Assembly (NCBI RefSeq): GCF_963921235.1
Contig: NC_086101.1
Location: 930,001 to 994,000 of the forward strand
Length of the DNA stretch: 64,000 bases
Direction: 5' to 3'
From: Mobula hypostoma
Lineage: Eukaryota
The notes under the pieces are model-generated. The model searched no databases. It worked only from the letters and a program-made list of their open reading frames with translations, and had not been told where the DNA came from. Positions 60,317 to 64,000 of the stretch are shown piece after piece. Every line of letters begins with the position of its first letter. Within the stretch, counting starts at the first letter, position 1. The translations under genes were made by a program, and so were the position numbers.

Positions 60317-62930
60317 AAAGAACATAGAAAATAGAACAGTACAGCACAGTACAGGCCCTTCGGCCCACAACATTGTGCCAACCCTAAAACCCTGCCTCCC
60401 AAATAACCTCACACCTTAAATTCCTCCATATATCTGTCTAATAGTCTCTTAAATTCCACTAGTGTATCTGCCTCCACCACTGACTCAGGCAGTGCATTCC
60501 ATGCACCAACCACTCTCTGAGTAAAAAACCTTCCTCTACTATACCCCTTGAACTTCCCACCCCTTACCTTAAAGCCATGTCCTCTTGTATTGAGCAGTGG
60601 TGCCCTGGGGAAGAGGCGCTGGCTGTCCACTCTATCTATTCCTCTTAATATCTTGTATTCCTCTATCATGTCTCCTCTCATCTTCCTCCTCTCCAGAGAG
60701 TAAAGCCCTGGCTCCCTTAATCTCTGATCATAATGCATACTTTCTAAACTAGGCAGCATCCTGGTAAATCTCCTCTGTACCCTTTCCAATGCTTCCACAT
60801 CCGTCCTTTAGTGAAGTGACCAGAACTAGACACAGTACTCCAAGTGTGGCCTAACCAGGGTTTTACAGAGCTGCATCATTACCCCGCGACTCTTAAACTC
60901 TATCCCTCGACTTATGAAAGCTAACACACCATAAGCTTTCTTAACTACCCTATCTACCTGTAAGGCAACTTTCAGGGATCTGTGGACATGTACCCCCAGA
61001 TTCCTCTGCTCCTCCACACTACCAAGTATCCTGCCATTTATTTTGTACTCTGCCTTGGAGTTTGTCCTTCCAAAGTGTACCACCTCACACTTCTCCAGGT
61101 TGAACTCCATCTGCCACTTCTCAGCCCACTTCTGCATCTTATCAATGTCTCTCTGCAATCTTTGACAATCCTCTACACTATCTACAACACCACCAACCTT
61201 TGTGTCGTCTGCAGACTTGCCAACCCACCCTTCTACCCCCACATCCAGGTCGTTAATAAAAATCACAAAGAGTAGAGGTCCCAGAACTGATCCTTGTGGG
61301 ACACGACTAATCATAACCCTCCAATTCAAATGAACTCCCTCCACCATGACCCTCTGCTTTCAGCAGGCAAGCCAATTCTGAATCCACCTGGCCAAACTTC
61401 CCTGGATCCCATGCCTTCTAACTTTCTGAATAAGTACCGTGTGGAACCTTGTCAAATACCTTACTAAAATCCATGCAGATCACATCTACTGCACTACCCT
61501 CATCTATATGCCTGGTCACCTCCTCAAAGAACTCTATCAGGCTTGTTAGACACGACATGCCCTTCACAAAGCCATGCTGACTGTCCCTGACCAGACCGTG
61601 ATTCTCTAAATGCCCAGAGATCCTATCTCTAAGAATCTTTTCCGACAGCTTTCCCACCACAGACGTAAGGCTCACTGGCCTATAATTACCCGGACTATTC
61701 CTACTACCTTTTTTGAACAAGGGGACAACATTCGCCTCCCTCCAATCCTCCGGTACCATTCCCATGGACAACGAAGACATAAAGATCCTGGCCAGAGGCT
61801 CAGCAATCTCTTCCCTCGCCTCATGGAGCAGCCTGGGGAATATTCCGTCAGGCCCCGAGGACTTAACCGTTCTAATGTATTTTAACAACTCCAACACCTC
61901 CTCTCCCTTAATATCAACATGCTGCAGAACATCAACCTCACTCATATTGTCCTCATCGTCATCAAGTTCCCTCTCATTGGTAAATACTGAAGAGAAGTAT
62001 TTATTGAGGACCTCGCTCACTTCCACAGCCTCCAGGCACATCTTCCCACCTTTATCTCCAATCAGTCCTTTTGCTACTCCTGTCATCCTTTTGTTCTTCA
62101 CATAATTGAAGAATGCCTTGGGTTTTCCTTTACCCTACTCGCCAAGGCCTTCTCATGCCCCCTTCTTGCTCTCCTCAGCCCCTTCTTATGCTCCTTTCTT
62201 GCTTCCCTATATTCCTCAATAGACCCATCTGATCCTTGCTTCCTAAACCTCATGTATGCTGCCTTCTTCCACCTGACTAGATTTTCTACCTCACTTGTCC
62301 CCCATGGTTCCCTCACCCTACCATTCTTTATCTTCCTCACCAGGACAAATTTATCCCTTACATCCTGCAAGAGATCCCTAAACATCGACCACATGTCCAT
62401 AGTACATTTCCCTGCAAAAACATTATCCCAATTCACACCCGCAAGTTCTAGCCTTATAGCCTCATAATTTGCCCTTCCCCAATTAAAAATTTTCCTGTCC
62501 TCTCTGATTCTCTCCTTTTCCATGATAATGCTAAAGGCTAGGGAGCGGTGGTCACTGTCCCCCAGATGCTCACCCACTGAGAGATCTGTGACCTGACCCG
62601 GTTCATTACCTAATACTAGATCTAATATGGCATTCCCCCGGTCGGCCTGTCAACATACTGTGACAGGAATCCGTCCTGGACACACTTAACAAACTCTGCC
62701 CCATCTAAACCCTTGGAACTAATCAGGTGCCAATCAATATTAGGGAAGTTAAAGTCACCCATGATAACAACCCTGTTATTTTTGCACCTTTCCAAAATCT
62801 GCCTCCCAATCTGCTCCTCTGTATCTCTGCTGCTACCAGGGGGCCTATAGAATACCCCCAAAAGAGAAACTGCTCCCTTCCTGTTCCTGACTTCCACCCA
62901 TACTGACTCAAAAGAGGATCCTACTACATT
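60317..62930 (-). mobile_element. CR1 LINE ORF2 (APE, RT, 3' end), few frameshifts
   Basis: [53 protein letters not shown]; tail at 60317-60340. Confidence 0.95.
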
Positions 62931-62959
62931 ACATAGAACATAGAATAGTACAGCACAGA

Positions 62960-64000
62960 CTGGTAAAAGCATTCAGTAAATTTTTCACACTGGTAGGTCT
63001 GCCCAAAGAAATTCAATTTGACCATTGTAGTAACCTTACTTCGAGAACATTCCAGTGGATAGTTGGAGAATTGGGAGCTAAGCACACTGTGTCATCTGCA
63101 TATCATACAGAGTCCGAGGGAGCCTTGGAACGGTTCAACTCCACTCTTAAGACCATGATTAAAACATATTGTGTGAAAAATGGGAAAAACTGGGATGAGG
63201 GGGTTCCCCTACTTTTATTTACTGTTGGAGATACGATTCAAAAATCATTGGAGGGTAGCCTGTTTGAACCTGTGTTCAGTTACAGGCCAAAAGGACCTTT
63301 GACCCTACTCAGAGACACTATGGTCTGATTTGGAAACATGTGTCAGTGTGCTTAATTATGTTTTAACATTCTGGGAGCAATTTAATAAGGGTTGTGATCT
63401 GGCAAGGGAAAGTTTGCGGAATGTTCAAATTGAAACAAAACACTTGTTTGATAAGATGGCACCTGGGAGAACTGTTATGAAAACAAATGGAGATATAGAG
63501 GCTGAAAATGAGATGAAAAAACATTTCACCAAACCGAACTTAGTATCAACAAGATGTAAGACTTCCATTGTTTTGAAAAATATTACTGATAAGGTCCATC
63601 AGTTGGAACCTACACTGCAAAAACAAGTGAAAGAATTAATTGGCAAGCAGGAAGATTTATTCCCTGACATTCTAAGACAGTGTACAGCTGAAGGGCATGA
63701 CGTCATTGTAAATTCAGCCCAGCCCATCAGGGAGCATCCTTACAGAATGAATTTAGAGGAAAGTAACATGGTTGAACAAGAAATTAGAAACAAGAAAGAA
63801 CCAGGAAAGAGAGTGGGTGACTGTATTGATAGAGTAGGAAAGACTAACTACCTTACAAAGATTGAATTGTTAAAAGGATGCCGGGGTGTTCCTTTCACAG
63901 AGAAGGCTAAAGAGATATCAGCATTTGTGACACCGTCTAGACTGTATGAATATAATGTTTTACCCTTCGGGATGAAAGATGCTCCAGGGACATTTCAAAG
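62960..64000 (+). mobile_element. Gypsy LTR retrotransposon pol relic with integrase upstream of RT (Gmr1-like order)
   Basis: GLPKEIQFD..SSAYHTESEGALERFNSTLK (integrase, 62970-63320), then PIREHPYR..DCIDRVG..YLTKIELLKG..SAFVTP..VLPFGMKDAPGTFQ (RT, 63700-64000). Confidence 0.85.

Overview
Repeat-saturated vertebrate genomic DNA, most likely from a cartilaginous fish (ray-like). This assignment is inferred from the mix of CR1 LINEs with esterase ORF1, Rex1/Babar, L1/Tx1, Nimb/I, Penelope, V-SINE and KRAB-less tandem C2H2 genes. Only one convincing intact host ORF is present: an 11-finger C2H2 zinc-finger gene at 40647-41630 (+). It sits head-to-head with a decayed inverted paralog (29953-31570, -), around a CpG-island promoter carrying NRF1/YY1/ZNF143-like motifs. 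A second, more decayed copy of this divergent cassette follows at about 43.1-51.2 kb. The most striking repeated structure is a family of fold-back Penelope-derived insertions, 160 bp to 1.3 kb long. They carry a minimal type I hammerhead ribozyme, have asymmetric fixed ends, and four have 13-14 bp target-site duplications. In the small copies the strand turn-around falls in or next to the ribozyme. Also present: two hAT transposase relics, a mariner-type MITE, two solo LTRs, a Gypsy integrase relic, a Gmr1-type Gypsy (integrase before RT), several G-rich minisatellites and several orphan promoter/first-exon islands. All calls were made by eye; TE boundaries are approximate unless a TSD or TIR is quoted.
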